Part shown: positions 13,982-26,449 of the stretch, one piece after another
How positions within the stretch are numbered: position 1 is the stretch's first letter
Layout of the letters: the number at the start of each line of letters is the position of its first letter
From: Hamiltosporidium tvaerminnensis FI-OER-3-3
Taxonomy: Eukaryota > Fungi > Microsporidia
Length of the DNA: 64,000 bases
Reading direction: 5' to 3'
Assembly: GCA_022605425.2 (NCBI GenBank)
Contig: JAKIMF020000001.1
Span: forward strand, 1,364,001 to 1,428,000
The notes under the pieces: model-generated
What the model saw: the letters and a program-made list of their open reading frames with translations, nothing else
Told to the model about the DNA's origin: nothing
Database searches by the model: none
Position numbers and translations under genes: made by a program

Positions 13982-15585
13982 AATAGAAGATAGCAGAGGA
14001 ATCCAAACACGTAACTCATTTGAAGAAGTACAGAGCAAACTTTTATCAGGAGTTGAAAGACTTTTTCACACTAGATTAAATGCAAAAAATTTATTTTCTG
14101 CAATCAATCAACATGCGATATCCTTAATCAACTATCACATAGGAGTACTTCGACTTGAACCGGAACTTCTCTAAGTTGGATGATGCAGTGCGTGCGATAT
14201 TGGTTAAGAATAAGGTACATATTCGCCCAGGATGTAAAGAGCGTTTGTATCTTTCTAGAAAAGAACTTGGAAGAGACCTAAATAGTGTTGAGTTGCGAAG
14301 CGAACATATGCTTCTGCTGTTCTTGGATCGTCTGGAAAAAAGTAAAGAAATATCAACTAGACGAGCCGCAATCCTCAAGGTGGAGAATAATAATAAAACC
14401 CATCTTGCACTAATAAAAGGCTTCTTAAAAGTAAAGTACAGGTTGGTAGAAGAAGTCACTAAGAAGAGTTTAGAAGAAGCTCAACTTGCAAAACTATATA
14501 ACGAAATAGAAAAACGAAAACTCTATTCAAAGTTATATAATGCAAGAAAAAATGAGCTTGTGAGTGTTAGTGACTCTTCAAGATGGTTAAAGAGAAGGAA
14601 TATTAGGCCACGAAATGAAGCTGTGTTCTGCTATATCCAGGATAGAAATGTATTCTGGGGAGCAGATGGTATGTGTCAATATTGCGGGAAGTCTGGTAAG
14701 ACTGTAGATCATATAGCAACTCGATGTGAAAAAATGCTAGGTCATGACTACACCAGACGGCATAATGAGGTTGTTAGATTCCTACACTTACTTCTCTTAA
14801 ATAGATATAAGTTTAAGTCTTCAAAACGAATTAGGAGTCACTCAGTTCAAGAAATTCTTGATAATGATTATGCAGAGATAAGAGTTGACAACAGAATAAA
14901 AACTGATGTTAAAATTCGGAATAACAGACCCGACATATTTATTTTAGATAAGAAGAAGAATAAGATAACACTCATTGAAGTAGGAATCACTTCCCAAGAT
15001 TCACTTCAAATAGTTGAAACTGAAAAACTTAGGCAGTATGACCTGCTAGCCAATGAGTTGGGTCCTATTTATAAGTGTAGTGTTGAGATAATCCCTTAGT
15101 GATGACCTGGGACGGTATTGTGACAAAATACCACACATAAATCTCATATTAAAAGACTAGAAATACCCATGGATGTAGAAGCATACATTCAGTCTATAGT
15201 ACTTAAGAAGACAGTCGAAACAATTTTCTTTGATCGACGAAGACGAATTGAGTTAGAACCAAAAGCCAGAAGAGGCTTGAGAAAGACCTTTAATGTAGTT
15301 ATTTAAGGAGCTAAAATGATTGATAAACAGATACTTCTTTTTAAATAGGCGATTAACTAGGAGAATGGTTTAAAAAAACAAAACTAAACAAATGACAAAG
15401 TTAATATTTTAGATGAAGAACTCACATTAGAGTTATCGACAAAAATATAAGGGCAGAGTCGGATTTAGAAATGGAATGTATAGTTGTTAAAGATATAGTT
15501 GGAAATATACAAAAGAATGATAACCTGTGTTCCCGAAATGTTTAAAAAAATTAAAGGTTTATATATTCTATCCAAGATTAAAAAA
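13982..15585 (+). mobile_element. R4/Dong-like retrotransposon, copy 2 (5'-truncated, mosaic)
   Basis: ORFs 13956-14174 and 14155-15099 match the thumb/CCHC/RLE region. After ~15245 the 3' end is still recognisable (GAGTCGGATTTAGAA) but much more diverged. Confidence 0.92.
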
Positions 15586-15642
15586 TAGAAAACAAATTTT
15601 TAGCAAACAAATTACAACAAATTGAAACAAATTTTTAATGAA

Positions 15643-16542
15643 CTATTTTTTTAATTCAAGAAGCTTTTCGTTAGTTTTATTATCGATTTTAAATACACAA
15701 TTTTCTTTTATAAAATTTTTTATAATATTTTTAGCATTTTCATCAATTCGAAATCTTTCTTTAACAATTTTTAGCAATTCTTTTATCGAAAGAGATTTGC
15801 CAATGAATATTTGTTTTAAATTATTTTCTCCTAAATCTGGTATTTTGACTCTTTTAGGTTCTTCTTTAAATTTGTTGTGTTCCTTTATAGATTCTTTAAT
15901 ATCTTCTTCGACTGGTTCTTCTTCTTCCTCTTCCTTTTCATAGTTCTGCATCAACTTTTTCATTTCTTTTCCTGCATCACTAAGTTTTTTAGGTCTTTGT
16001 TTGACAGACACCAATAATTCTTCACCATCATCATCATCAAACTCTTCGGTATAATCGATCTCATCATATAAATCTTTCTCTCCATCCTTTTTCTTATGCA
16101 TCATCCATCTATCTTCTTCTCTATTCTTTTTTGATAATTTAAGTTCAGCCTCTTCAAGAGAAAGCGTTTCATACGAAATTTTTTGTGTAAATCGATACCA
16201 TCGTCTCAAAGGAACAACCTGAAAGTTCTGACCGGTATTTATAAATATAAAATAATTATCATTAGGCATATCCTGTAATCTGCCAGAAAATGCCCGATTT
16301 TCTGCATCTTCTATAACTAACGGATATTTTTCTTGTTCTTTTAATTTTATATACGCTTCTTCTTCATACTCAAGTTGTTCGCTTTTCTTTTTTGTATTTC
16401 TTGGTTGCTCTTCAACATCCTTCACAGATCTGTCTCTGTCTAAAGTAAAAGGAGAGGAAAGATCTGTAACTGGAACAGGAAGTGTTATAAGATATCTTTT
16501 TGTAGACTCAGATGCAGATAATATTAGCCGATACTTTTGCAT
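15643..16542 (-). CDS. TFG1: Transcription factor TFIIF large subunit (Tfg1/RAP74)
   Basis: EKYPLVIED, FSGRL, YFIF and VVPLRRWYRFTQKISYETLSLEEAE motifs; acidic EIDYTEEFDDDDGE segment; CCC directly before the ATG. Confidence 0.85.
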   Translation of the reverse strand: MQKYRLILSASESTKRYLITLPVPVTDLSSPFTLDRDRSVKDVEEQPRNTKKKSEQLEYEEEAYIKLKEQEKYPLVIEDAENRAFSGRLQDMPNDNYFIFINTGQNFQVVPLRRWYRFTQKISYETLSLEEAELKLSKKNREEDRWMMHKKKDGEKDLYDEIDYTEEFDDDDGEELLVSVKQRPKKLSDAGKEMKKLMQNYEKEEEEEEPVEEDIKESIKEHNKFKEEPKRVKIPDLGENNLKQIFIGKSLSIKELLKIVKERFRIDENAKNIIKNFIKENCVFKIDNKTNEKLLELKK

Positions 16543-16545
16543 GGG
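16543..16545 (-). promoter_or_regulatory. Microsporidian CCC-type motif directly upstream of the ATG (representative site)
   Basis: The same CCC-ATG occurs at 50985-50987 and 53740-53742. Variants: CCCTT-ATG at 55847-55849, CCCC at 22444-22447, GGGTTA-ATG at 29720-29722 and GGG at 35640-35642. Confidence 0.75.
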
Positions 16546-16946
16546 TGAATATATTTTGTAGTTTTTTTAAGTTCAAAATATTTTCTATTTCTAATATTTA
16601 ATACAGCTTTGATAATATTTTAAGAAAAGTTTAATAAAGAATTTGAAATTATTTTAAAAATATTTTAATCGTTTAACAAAGCATTCAGGAATATTTAAAG
16701 AGCTATTTTAAAAATATTTTAGAAGATGATCTTTTGTGAATATTTTACTTTTGTTAGAAAAATTTAAAGATTTATCATTTTATTTTTAAATCTAGCAAAT
16801 TCTAACATAATGTAGTCATGATTGAGTAATGATGTCTTTATTAGGAATCTAGTACTTGTATTTCTATTTGTTTTTTTACATTCATTATTCAAGTGTTTAT
16901 TTCATTCTTCATGATGATTTGAATTTATATTTTAATTCAAAAATAT

Positions 16947-17632
16947 TGAGTGAGATAGAAACGTTAAATACTATCTTTTTGGCAATGATAGACGAAATTG
17001 GTTTATGAAATCATCGTTTGGATTTTGCTGGGAGAAAAGTAAACTAAATTTTGATTGTTTCGTAAAGATTTGTAATATAAAGAAAGGAACTACTAAAATT
17101 TGAAACTTTTTCTGTCAAGATACTTTCTAATTTTATATATATCTAGCTATGAGAACATCGTTAAACTCGTAGGAAATTGCCATATGAAATTATGAAAACA
17201 TAGCCTTTCTCGGATTAGAAGATCCGGAGCCTGTATGATATATAAAAAACCACCGTCTATAAATCCAGATATTCTGGGTAGTAAGTTATATTTCTTATTA
17301 TGACATTGCAGAGTCTATGGCAGCATTGTATGGGTCTTCAACATGCTTTATATTGGCCATATGTTTATTCTGTGCTTGAAATATAAATTGTTGTGAATGC
17401 TACATAGTCCTGACAGAGCCCAAGGCGAATTTTGACTGCCTTCACATCCCGATCTGAGGCAACTTATTTATTGATTGTATAGGTTATACCCACTTTTCAG
17501 AGGAAAATTTTAAAATACGTTTCTAGGGGATATCGAGAGTGTGTTGAAAAGCAGTCATCTATGATAAAATTAGAATCGGGTTGATGTCATGAAAACAATA
17601 TAATCTCTAAATCTTTCGAAACACGAGATGTT
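16947..17632 (+). repeat. Unclassified modular repeat family, copy A-C (diverged)
   Basis: TTGGCAATGA...AAATCATCGTTTGGATTTTG head and ...GTCATGAAAACAATATAA tail align by eye with 46879-47595 and 63291-64000. Confidence 0.7.
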
Positions 17633-19522
17633 CATAGAGTAAAAGCATATTTTTAAAGTGTAAACTATATGTAAATCTAAATATATAAGCAACTAGTTGT
17701 CAATTAAATGACATTAAATACTTAATATAAATCAACTGTATATTATTGCGCTATATATCTTATGTATTTAAATATTTGATCAAATTTAAAAATTTAGGAT
17801 AATCTAACTATTGGGTTTTATTGGAAAGATAATCTATGGTTTTACCAATAAGAAATAAGAACTTTCCAAGTATTTTTATAACTTTTATAAGAGATATTTA
17901 TTAATAGAAAGCAAATATATTTGTATAATCCTAGCAATTATCATGTTTCTAGCATATAATAAATACATGTTGGCAACTTATTAACTTCTAATTGAATCTC
18001 TGTATCTTAAAGATTTTTTATTAGATTTTAAGAGATTGAAGAATTTTAAAAGTTATATTATATTGTAAGGATACAACATGTAATCTTCAAAAGTTTCCTT
18101 GTAACATACAAAAAATACATTTTAAGCTTTAAATTACCTTTATATTGTATTGATATTTTTAGTGTGTATATTGTATTGTAATGACAGCTCTCTGACCTAA
18201 TTTAAACATAAATATTGCAAGAAACATAAAAAAAGGATAAAAATCTGCATCAAGTATTTAAAATTATTGTAATTCGATTTTAAGGGACTTCTTACAAAAG
18301 ATTCTTTAATGTTTTACCTCTTTTCTGCATCACAAGATAAATTTAATACTTGATAATTTTACTAATACACAAATGTCGAAATATGTAATATTATTACGAC
18401 TTATCCTATGTAAATTTCGAAGATAATGAACATTATTTCAAACAAAAGATTATAGTCGCTTTATTTACGACATTATTTTAGAGTTTAACTATAAAAAAGG
18501 AATAAATTGTTCATCGGTTAGAATATTGACCACTTGCCAAATAAAGAAATTCAAACAAAATTTTACAAAGCGTAAGCACTAAATCACTTCGATATTTTAA
18601 GAATTGAAAGTTAGAGTTACTAAACATATAAAGAATTATTTGTTTTAAATAACTTTAAAAATCCTGATTCTCAAACGAAATAAATATTTGTTAATCTGAA
18701 TAATTCATTATACTTACGAATACATAATTACACGTAAAAAGATATAATTATATGTAAAAATATATCAGATTAAAAAAAACCGATTTAATTTTAAGTAAAT
18801 TGGATATATGATAGTTATATGATCTAATAAATAGATTTATTATATTTCGTGATATAAAAACAAAGATTATAATTAGGTAACACTTTGAATTTATTTTTAA
18901 ATTTCGAGAAGCTTCGAAACAAAATACTTCTTTCTAACCGATTCCAACCTTGCAAAATATATGGAACAATTTAAAATACATATTATCAAAATATAAAACC
19001 AGTATTACAAATTTAATAAAAACCTGTAAAATATTTTTTCTGTTGATAAAACAAACCAATAAAACGATTACGAGAATTCTAATAGTAATAAATTGAAGAA
19101 ATTCATCTAAAATTATATAAATTAAACTTTTTGTAAGAATCTAGATATATTCTGTTGAGAACAACTTTAAAAAAAATATTTGACACAAATGAAATGACGG
19201 TTTTTAACGTATAATAATATTTGAATATAAAACTGGACGAACTTATAATGAAATTATAGGACAGAATATAAAAAAACTAAGTTATGAGAATATATATTAA
19301 ATAAATTAAAAATTATTTTGGTTTATTTTTATATTCTTGTTTTATAATTCCTTTCATTAAGATGTCATAATTTGAATAAAGAAACAACATTTAAATTAAA
19401 AATAATAAGAAATATGATTTTAACGTTGTAAAAGAAGATTAAATAATTTTAAGAATATTCAATCACTACTTCTTCGACTTTTTTTGTAATCTTAAGTGTA
19501 AAGAATAAATAAAATCATTAAG

Positions 19523-19737
19523 AAAATATAGAAATATATGAAATAAAGAAAATCATTCATAAAATATAGAAATATATGAAATAAAGAAAATCATTCATAA
19601 AATATAGAAATATATGAAATAAAGAAAATCATTCATAAAATATAGAAATATATGAAATAAAGAAAATCATTCATAAAATATAGAAATATATGAAATAAAG
19701 AAAATCATTCATAAAATATAGAAATATATGAAATAAG
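19523..19737. repeat. 38-bp minisatellite, ~5.7 near-perfect copies
   Basis: Unit AAAATATAGAAATATATGAAATAAAGAAAATCATTCAT starts at 19523, 19561, 19599, 19637, 19675 and 19713 (partial). Confidence 0.95.
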
Positions 19738-19825
19738 GAAAAAATATAAAAATTAAATACAAAATCAAAAATAGAAAAATAATTTAGAAACCTTACTGAA
19801 TATAAATCAATTAAAAGAATTTTTT

Positions 19826-22429
19826 TTATTTTTCACGATATTCTGATTTAATATCATCTAAAGACTCATATTTTAAAAGATTGGTTGTTAACACATTAAT
19901 TCTTCTCATCAAATCTCCTGCTATACGTGTTTTGATATAATAATCCATATTAAACATATCAGTTCTTCTGATTTCCCAAAGTATTTTTTCAAAAACATTA
20001 GAATCATTAAAATTCCTATAATAGGAATAAAGTAAGAATTTGTCAATATTTTCTGTATAAAACTTGGATCGTGTGTTGGCTGCATATTGAAGTTTGATGT
20101 GATGAATTCCTTTAGAAAATTTAAAATCCAAAATATTTTTGATTTGTTTATTTCTGTTGGATTTTTCTTCTGCTTTATTTAACTGTTGTAATATTTTTTC
20201 ATAATCTGATAATTCTTTGATTCTTTCCCAAAAAACTTTGTAATATCTTTTTACCGTCTCTGGATCTTTGAAAAAAAAATGTTGTGTAATTCCTTCTAAA
20301 TTATCTTTTCCAGAAATTTCCATTGCTTTTATAAAATTGTAATAATCTTTCTTTGTCCAGTCAGGGAATCCCTCACTGTAAAGTTGTTCTTTTAAAGTTA
20401 GCTCTTCATCTGTAAGACCAGGCTCGTCTTGGTCGTAACTTTTGATTTCTTTTTCTTGCAAATCATATATTTTTTTAGGAAAAAATTGGTATTCCGGTAA
20501 ATTATAAATTCGAGGTTTGACTTTTTTTAATAAAGAAACAGTTCTGGCTCCTTTTCTAGGAATTTTACTTCCAATATAATTTTCTAATTTATTCTTTACA
20601 CTGTAATCTTCGCCTTCCCACTCATATAAATCAGTATTTGCCATTTTTGATTCTAAAAAGTTTATTCCTTCTAATTTACTGGATAATTCTTTGGTTTTTT
20701 CTTCTCCCTCTTTTATTATGTCTTCAATGTTTTTATCATTGAATTGAATCACTTCTCCTGTTTTAGTGTCTTGGTCATTTTCGTAGATATTTTCAACACC
20801 AGAGGCTATGATTTCAAGAAGTTCTTTTTGATTGATTGTGGCTGTTGTCTTACTACTCTGTTGAACTAAAACTTCGTCTAATTTTAATTTTTGTAAACTT
20901 CTTTGTATTATTCGTTCTTCAATCGTTTTTTCTGTAATAAATCGGTAAACAAAAACTTGTTTTTTCTGGCCAATTCGATGTGCTCTGTCCTGTGCTTGTA
21001 AATCCATTTGTGGATTCCAATCACTGTCATATATAATTACAATATCTGCTGTTGCCAGATTTATTCCAAGTCCACCTGCACGAGTAGTCAGTAAAAATAC
21101 AAATTTTTTACTTCCATCACTATTAAACTCATCAATAGCAGCAGTTCGATCATCTGTAGAAGTACTACCATCAATCCTACAATAATCGAATTCTCTGAAA
21201 ATACAATAATCTTCAAGAATGTCCAGCATTCTACTCATTTGACTAAAAATCAAAATTCTAGATTCTTTGGTTTTTAAATTTTTTAATAATTTATCAAGAA
21301 TCACCATTTTTCCACAATTCTCCACCAAATGTTCATCTGTAGTAAAAGGCGGTCCAGGTTCGGCTCCATCAAAAAGATACGGATGATTACAACATTTTCT
21401 AAGTTGACACACAATATTCATCAACATAGATTTTGAATCTCTCTTTCCCAGAATCGGAGATAAATCTCGTTCCAATATCATTTTATACCAATCTCGCTGC
21501 ATTTGTGTCAGGCGAGGATACAAATTGACTATTTTTTTAGGTAACAAAGTCTGTTCAACCTCTCTTTTTTCTCTTCTCAAAAAGAAAACTTGCAAAACAT
21601 TTCTCAATTTTTCAACAGAATCTTCATTTTCCTGATCAATACGCATCACCGATTCTTCAAAATGGTCAGAATCATTAAAAAGTTCAGGAACCAGAAAATT
21701 TAACAAAGCCCATAATTCATGAATATTATTTTGTAAAGGCGTACCAGTCAACAATAATCTATGTTCACAATTAAAAATTCTTACAATCTGACTCAACATA
21801 GATTTTTCATTTTTAATTCTATGAGCTTCATCAATCACAATATAATTCCAAGAAATATTTTTTAAAGAATTTTTAGCCAATAAACACATTTCATACGTAG
21901 TAATACACACATCATAATCCATTTCATTCAAAGAAGAAGTGTTTACTTTTAATTCTTTTTTTGAAGTATGAAATACTAAAATTCTAAATTCCGGTAAAAA
22001 TTTTGTAAATTCTGATTTCCAATTGTGTAAAATAGATTTCGGGACAATTAAAAGATGTGGATTTGATATTTTTTTGAAAAATTTTAAATATCCTAAAAAT
22101 GTAATTGTTTGAAGAGTTTTTCCTAAACCCATCTCATCTGCTAATATACAATTTATAGAATTGTAATTCATATTTATAAGCCAATTGACACCTTCTAATT
22201 GATATTCTCGTAAAGTTCCGGAAATATAGGCAGGAGTTGTTCTGAATGTATATGCCTCATCTACAAAAGGTGATATGTCTGTATCGGCTTCTTCTTTGGA
22301 AACACGGCGGTGTTCTTTTTCCTTTTTTGTTTTTTTATGCTTTGAAACTGTTCTATTGCCGATAAGACTATCAAAAAAATCATTTTCTCCAATAAATTCT
22401 CGGTATTTTTTGATAAGATTTTCATTCAT
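19826..22429 (-). CDS. ISWI: ISWI-family (Isw1/Isw2/SNF2H) chromatin-remodelling ATPase
   Basis: 867 aa. ILADEMGLGKTLQT, IDEAHRIKN, LRKCCNHPYLF and QAQDRAHRIGQ motifs; C-terminal HAND-SANT-SLIDE-like region (EGFPDWTKKDY). Confidence 0.95.
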   Translation of the reverse strand: MNENLIKKYREFIGENDFFDSLIGNRTVSKHKKTKKEKEHRRVSKEEADTDISPFVDEAYTFRTTPAYISGTLREYQLEGVNWLINMNYNSINCILADEMGLGKTLQTITFLGYLKFFKKISNPHLLIVPKSILHNWKSEFTKFLPEFRILVFHTSKKELKVNTSSLNEMDYDVCITTYEMCLLAKNSLKNISWNYIVIDEAHRIKNEKSMLSQIVRIFNCEHRLLLTGTPLQNNIHELWALLNFLVPELFNDSDHFEESVMRIDQENEDSVEKLRNVLQVFFLRREKREVEQTLLPKKIVNLYPRLTQMQRDWYKMILERDLSPILGKRDSKSMLMNIVCQLRKCCNHPYLFDGAEPGPPFTTDEHLVENCGKMVILDKLLKNLKTKESRILIFSQMSRMLDILEDYCIFREFDYCRIDGSTSTDDRTAAIDEFNSDGSKKFVFLLTTRAGGLGINLATADIVIIYDSDWNPQMDLQAQDRAHRIGQKKQVFVYRFITEKTIEERIIQRSLQKLKLDEVLVQQSSKTTATINQKELLEIIASGVENIYENDQDTKTGEVIQFNDKNIEDIIKEGEEKTKELSSKLEGINFLESKMANTDLYEWEGEDYSVKNKLENYIGSKIPRKGARTVSLLKKVKPRIYNLPEYQFFPKKIYDLQEKEIKSYDQDEPGLTDEELTLKEQLYSEGFPDWTKKDYYNFIKAMEISGKDNLEGITQHFFFKDPETVKRYYKVFWERIKELSDYEKILQQLNKAEEKSNRNKQIKNILDFKFSKGIHHIKLQYAANTRSKFYTENIDKFLLYSYYRNFNDSNVFEKILWEIRRTDMFNMDYYIKTRIAGDLMRRINVLTTNLLKYESLDDIKSEYREK

Positions 22430-22540
22430 CTTTAATTAATACAGGGGTTTTTTTTTATTATTTTTATGATAAACATTTAAGGATAATAAGTAAATAAAAA
22501 AAATATTTTATTTTGGTTGAAGATATAATTTAAATAATAT

Positions 22541-22715
22541 TTTTGGTAGGAAACATAGAATATATTTGAGAAAATCTAATATGATTTAATCTGAAATATA
22601 ACTAAGATTTTGGTAGGAAACATAGAATATATTTGAGAAAATCTAATATGATTTAATCTGAAATATAACTAGTATTTTGTTAGGGAATATAGGATATATT
22701 TGAGAAAATCTAATT
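22541..22715. repeat. 67-bp tandem repeat, ~2.6 copies, upstream of ISWI
   Basis: G(G/T)TAGG anchors at 22545, 22612 and 22679. Confidence 0.9.
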
Positions 22716-23820
22716 TAATCAATCACATTGTTAGATTTGGCTTTCGAAATTTAAATATTATATTTTGTTAATAAATACAATGGTCTTTAAAATGATATAC
22801 TTGTTCGGTACATTTATTATATTTACTCCTCTAAATTTGTGAGGAATAAAAAATAATTTAAATTTTGATTTATAAACACATAAGAATACATTTTGAAATA
22901 CTTATTAACCAATACTTTGAATATATTAATTTATAGATGTTTAGATTGGTATTTAGAAATTTTCAATTCTGATATTTTTTTTAGTTATTTTTAGATAAAA
23001 TACGGTATTTTGATAGAAACATGATTTAAATTAAACAAATTCACAAGAATGTATTTGAAAAGAAAATATGTTACAGCATAACTAATGTATGAGATTTAAG
23101 TTACTATATCTTTAGCAAGTTATTGAAAATATAAAAAAATTGAATAAATTAAAAAACGTATTTGTTTAAAATATATGAAATTCATAACAAAATATTGAAA
23201 ATAATATTTGATCTGCTTTTCTACTACAATTGTGATATATTGGTAAAATATTAATAAATTACCGACAAAGTATTCGTTTCTATTGTTCTAATACATAATT
23301 TTTAGATTTGTATAATTTGAATTCCATAAATTACAAAAAAAAAATATTCGTTTCGATTGTTCTAATTAATATACAAATATATTAAAAAGTATGTAAAACA
23401 AAACTTATTGCAATCTTCAAACGAAGAATAGTTCTTTTTTCGGAAATATAACGATTAAAAATTTACCTATTTTAATAACATTCCACTTGATTGATATTTT
23501 AGATGAATTTTTGAATGATTTATGTGTGTTTGTTGAATAATTGATATAAAAGTCATGAACATGTGAAATTATCAGGAGTAATTAATGATTTTTATCTAAG
23601 AATTATAGGAAAAACTATAATAAAATTTGTACCAAATAATATCTATAAAATGAAGGAATAAAGTTTTTGAATAGAAATGTAAAACAAAATCAAATATAAC
23701 TCTAAATTAAAAAAAATATATTATAATTACCTTTAAATATTTCAAATAGTTTGGCTTTATCTTATTATAAGTAATCTAATAAACAATATATTGTTCGAAA
23801 AGGTAAACTAATATCTAATA

Positions 23821-24529
23821 AATATCGAATATTTTAAAAAATACACACATGTTATACTATTTTAATGGTAATAAACCCAGGTCTAAGAGTTTCATATAGC
23901 TACTTCTCAATACTTCATCTATACGATTACGACACCTATATCAAAAAGCTTTTCATCTGAAATATGTGTAGAAGTATTCTAATCAGAGAAGCAGTTATTT
24001 GCAGTTCATTAATATAAGTTGCCTGGGGTGTAATTGCAAGTATAAAACAATCTTGGTACCTATAATCGGTTGCATTCTCATTTACTCTACACATTCCGAG
24101 CCGAATAATAATACAACCAATATATAATTTGGTTGTACATAGGGCTTACTTAGAAGTAACGATGCCATACTAACAGATATAACTTGTTGTTTAGAATTCC
24201 TGGCATTTAAAGTGTATGTTTTTTTATATCTCCTAGTAGTCAAATTTTCTATCCCAAATAAGAAAGCCTAGGTTTGTATGCTTTGTGATGACAATTGCCT
24301 ACAAATTTAGCCGTGGTTTAAAATTCAATTACATAAAAAAGCTACAAACTCAGTTTGTAAAAAATCATACTCTTTTATAGATCTTCACCTTCCTATACGA
24401 ATTTTCATAAAATAAAACTAAAATACGGCGTTATATTCATTTGACCAAAAATCTGAACAATAATTTTCACTCTAATTAACCCAGCCGTTACCAAGTAGAT
24501 GGTTTTTAATTTGCTTATCTTCCTTTACA
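23821..24529 (-). repeat. Unclassified modular repeat family, copy A-C
   Basis: Reverse complement aligns by eye with 46879-47595 (e.g. TTTCAGATGAAAAGC, CCCCAGGCAAC, TTAAAAACCATCTACTTGG). Confidence 0.7.
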
Positions 24530-25380
24530 TATTCTGAATAAAAATAAATGAATCATATTTTATGTTCTTAAAATACAATATATTTATTTGTTTGACTAGT
24601 ATTTGTAATTCTAAGATTGTTTTTTTATAGTATTTAATACCACTTAACTTATCCAATACTCAACTATAAAGATACTAGATCAATATACATTATTATTCGT
24701 ATCTCCAAAAAAATTATACCTTTAATTTTTAAATGTATAGTTTTAAACTAATCTAGCAATATATTTTTATTTATATGAGAGTTATTTGTATGATAAAGAT
24801 CAAAAAAATATCAATTTTAATTAATCCAAAATCTGATATTCGCTTTAATAATTGTGTAAATTTCCATTTTTATATTTTTTATAATAAATTTATAAAAAGT
24901 ATGATTATTTTCGTAAAAAACATAAATTTACCTTCTTTTATATAGAAAATGTATTTACCTTAAATAGTCTTTAGAATGTTATACAACCTATTCTTACGTT
25001 TTTTTCTATTATAATTTAAATATAATCTACGTATATATCAGGTATTGATTGTATTTCATAAGTATTAACTTATCAAATTACCTTAAAAGGTTAATATAAA
25101 AAAATGGTTAATTGTATAAATCAGTATTTCTCATCAAATAATATTTCTATGTTTTTTCCTAAACAATAAGTATATTAGGTAAAGCTTTTTATTATTACAA
25201 ATATATTTATTCTTTCTATTCTATGATATAAAAAACGTATCCAATTATTATCGAATTAATTATTTTTTTTAGTAAATACTACGTTTATTTTGATTCAAGT
25301 AAATTCATTTATATATCTAATAACTTTTAATTATGAATTACAATTTTACAATTCCTATAATTTTACTTACTTATTTATTT

Positions 25381-25839
25381 CCTCTTTTACTTCTAGTTTC
25401 GAAGATGAACAAATAAAAGTTTACCATTTGTTTGTTTTAATCTGTTGTAATTTCCCACAATGCCGGATGCAGAATTGGTTTAGAGTATTCTCTGCTTGTC
25501 GTAAGAAGCGACTAAAAGGGACTGGTCCTCCATTTTGAGGTCGGGCGTAGGGTTAAACACGCACTCTTTTAAACTATCTTGTTACGAAACCCGAAAAGGT
25601 AAACAAATCCACTGGAAAAAGACCGGTAGGTGGTATTACCGAGAGAGGCCAAGGCTCATGCATGAATGTAGATCAAAAGATGAATGAATGAATCTGTTGT
25701 AACTCTGGATTATAGGGATTGGGTTATAGATCCGGCGTGGTTTATATCCTACAAAATGGCAACGATGAATTTAAAACGGATTCTACTCACTCATTGATAA
25801 CCAGATAATTTTTAATGTAGTTATTCTCCCTCGACACCA
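25381..25839 (-). repeat. Unclassified modular repeat family, copy A-B, interrupted by an RTE-type element
   Basis: Reverse complement has the head ...CAATGAGTG...GGATATAAACCAC, then the B tail ...TTACAACAGA...AACTTTTATTTGT..., matching 47633-47831. Confidence 0.75.
25451..25690 (+). mobile_element. 240-bp non-autonomous bipartite RTE-clade element (5'UTR part fused to 3' end)
   Basis: 12-bp TSD AATCTGTTGTAA (25439-25450 and 25691-25702); (TGAA)n tail. RTE-type 5' motifs CTTGTCGTAAGAAGCGACTAA and TGGTCCTCC...GGGCGTAGGGTTAA...TGTTACGAAAC; 3' part reads EAKAH. Confidence 0.8.
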
Positions 25840-26047
25840 ACGATTCTATATAATGAAATAATATTTAATTATTTCTTTTGAGACAATCCAAGAGATTCGA
25901 TATCATATATTTAGATTGGCTGTGATATCTTAGACTTCGTTTAATCTTATATTCCGGTATATAAATACACTTCTAACGTCGTGTGGTAGATATTCTTATT
26001 TCTGGAAATAGATATGATAAATAGAATCTATATGACTTAATATAATG

Positions 26048-26170
26048 AGCTATTTGAGTCGAAATGATCTCATTTGATATTTAATTAATGAAATCGCATG
26101 TAATTACTTAGTAAAGTTAGCTATTTGAGTCGAAGTAGTGATATGTGATAGTTAATTAATGATATCGCTG
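26048..26170. repeat. Two-copy ~71-bp degenerate tandem duplication
   Basis: AGCTATTTGAGTCGAA...TTAATTAATGA.ATCGC occurs twice. Confidence 0.7.
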
Positions 26171-26449
26171 TTTTATTTTATCTTTTCGTTTCTATACAGT
26201 TGAAAACAAAAGCAACAGGTAAATTGAAGTTTTTCGAGACTTTATTCGTTTAAAACAATTGAATTTTTATTAATTACACAAAACACGCTTTATTTTTTCC
26301 AAATTTATTTAAATTTAAGATTTCATTTTAACATTTAGTTTCAAATTTAAAGAAAAGTGATTTACTACTATTTAATAGAAAAATATATTTTCAAAATTAT
26401 AATTTAAAACGATAATTAAAGATTTTTATATTTCCTTAAAATATATAAA

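Noticed and set aside
19523-19737. CRISPR-like regular array
   Set aside because: Units are contiguous with no unique spacers, there are no cas genes, and the context is eukaryotic.
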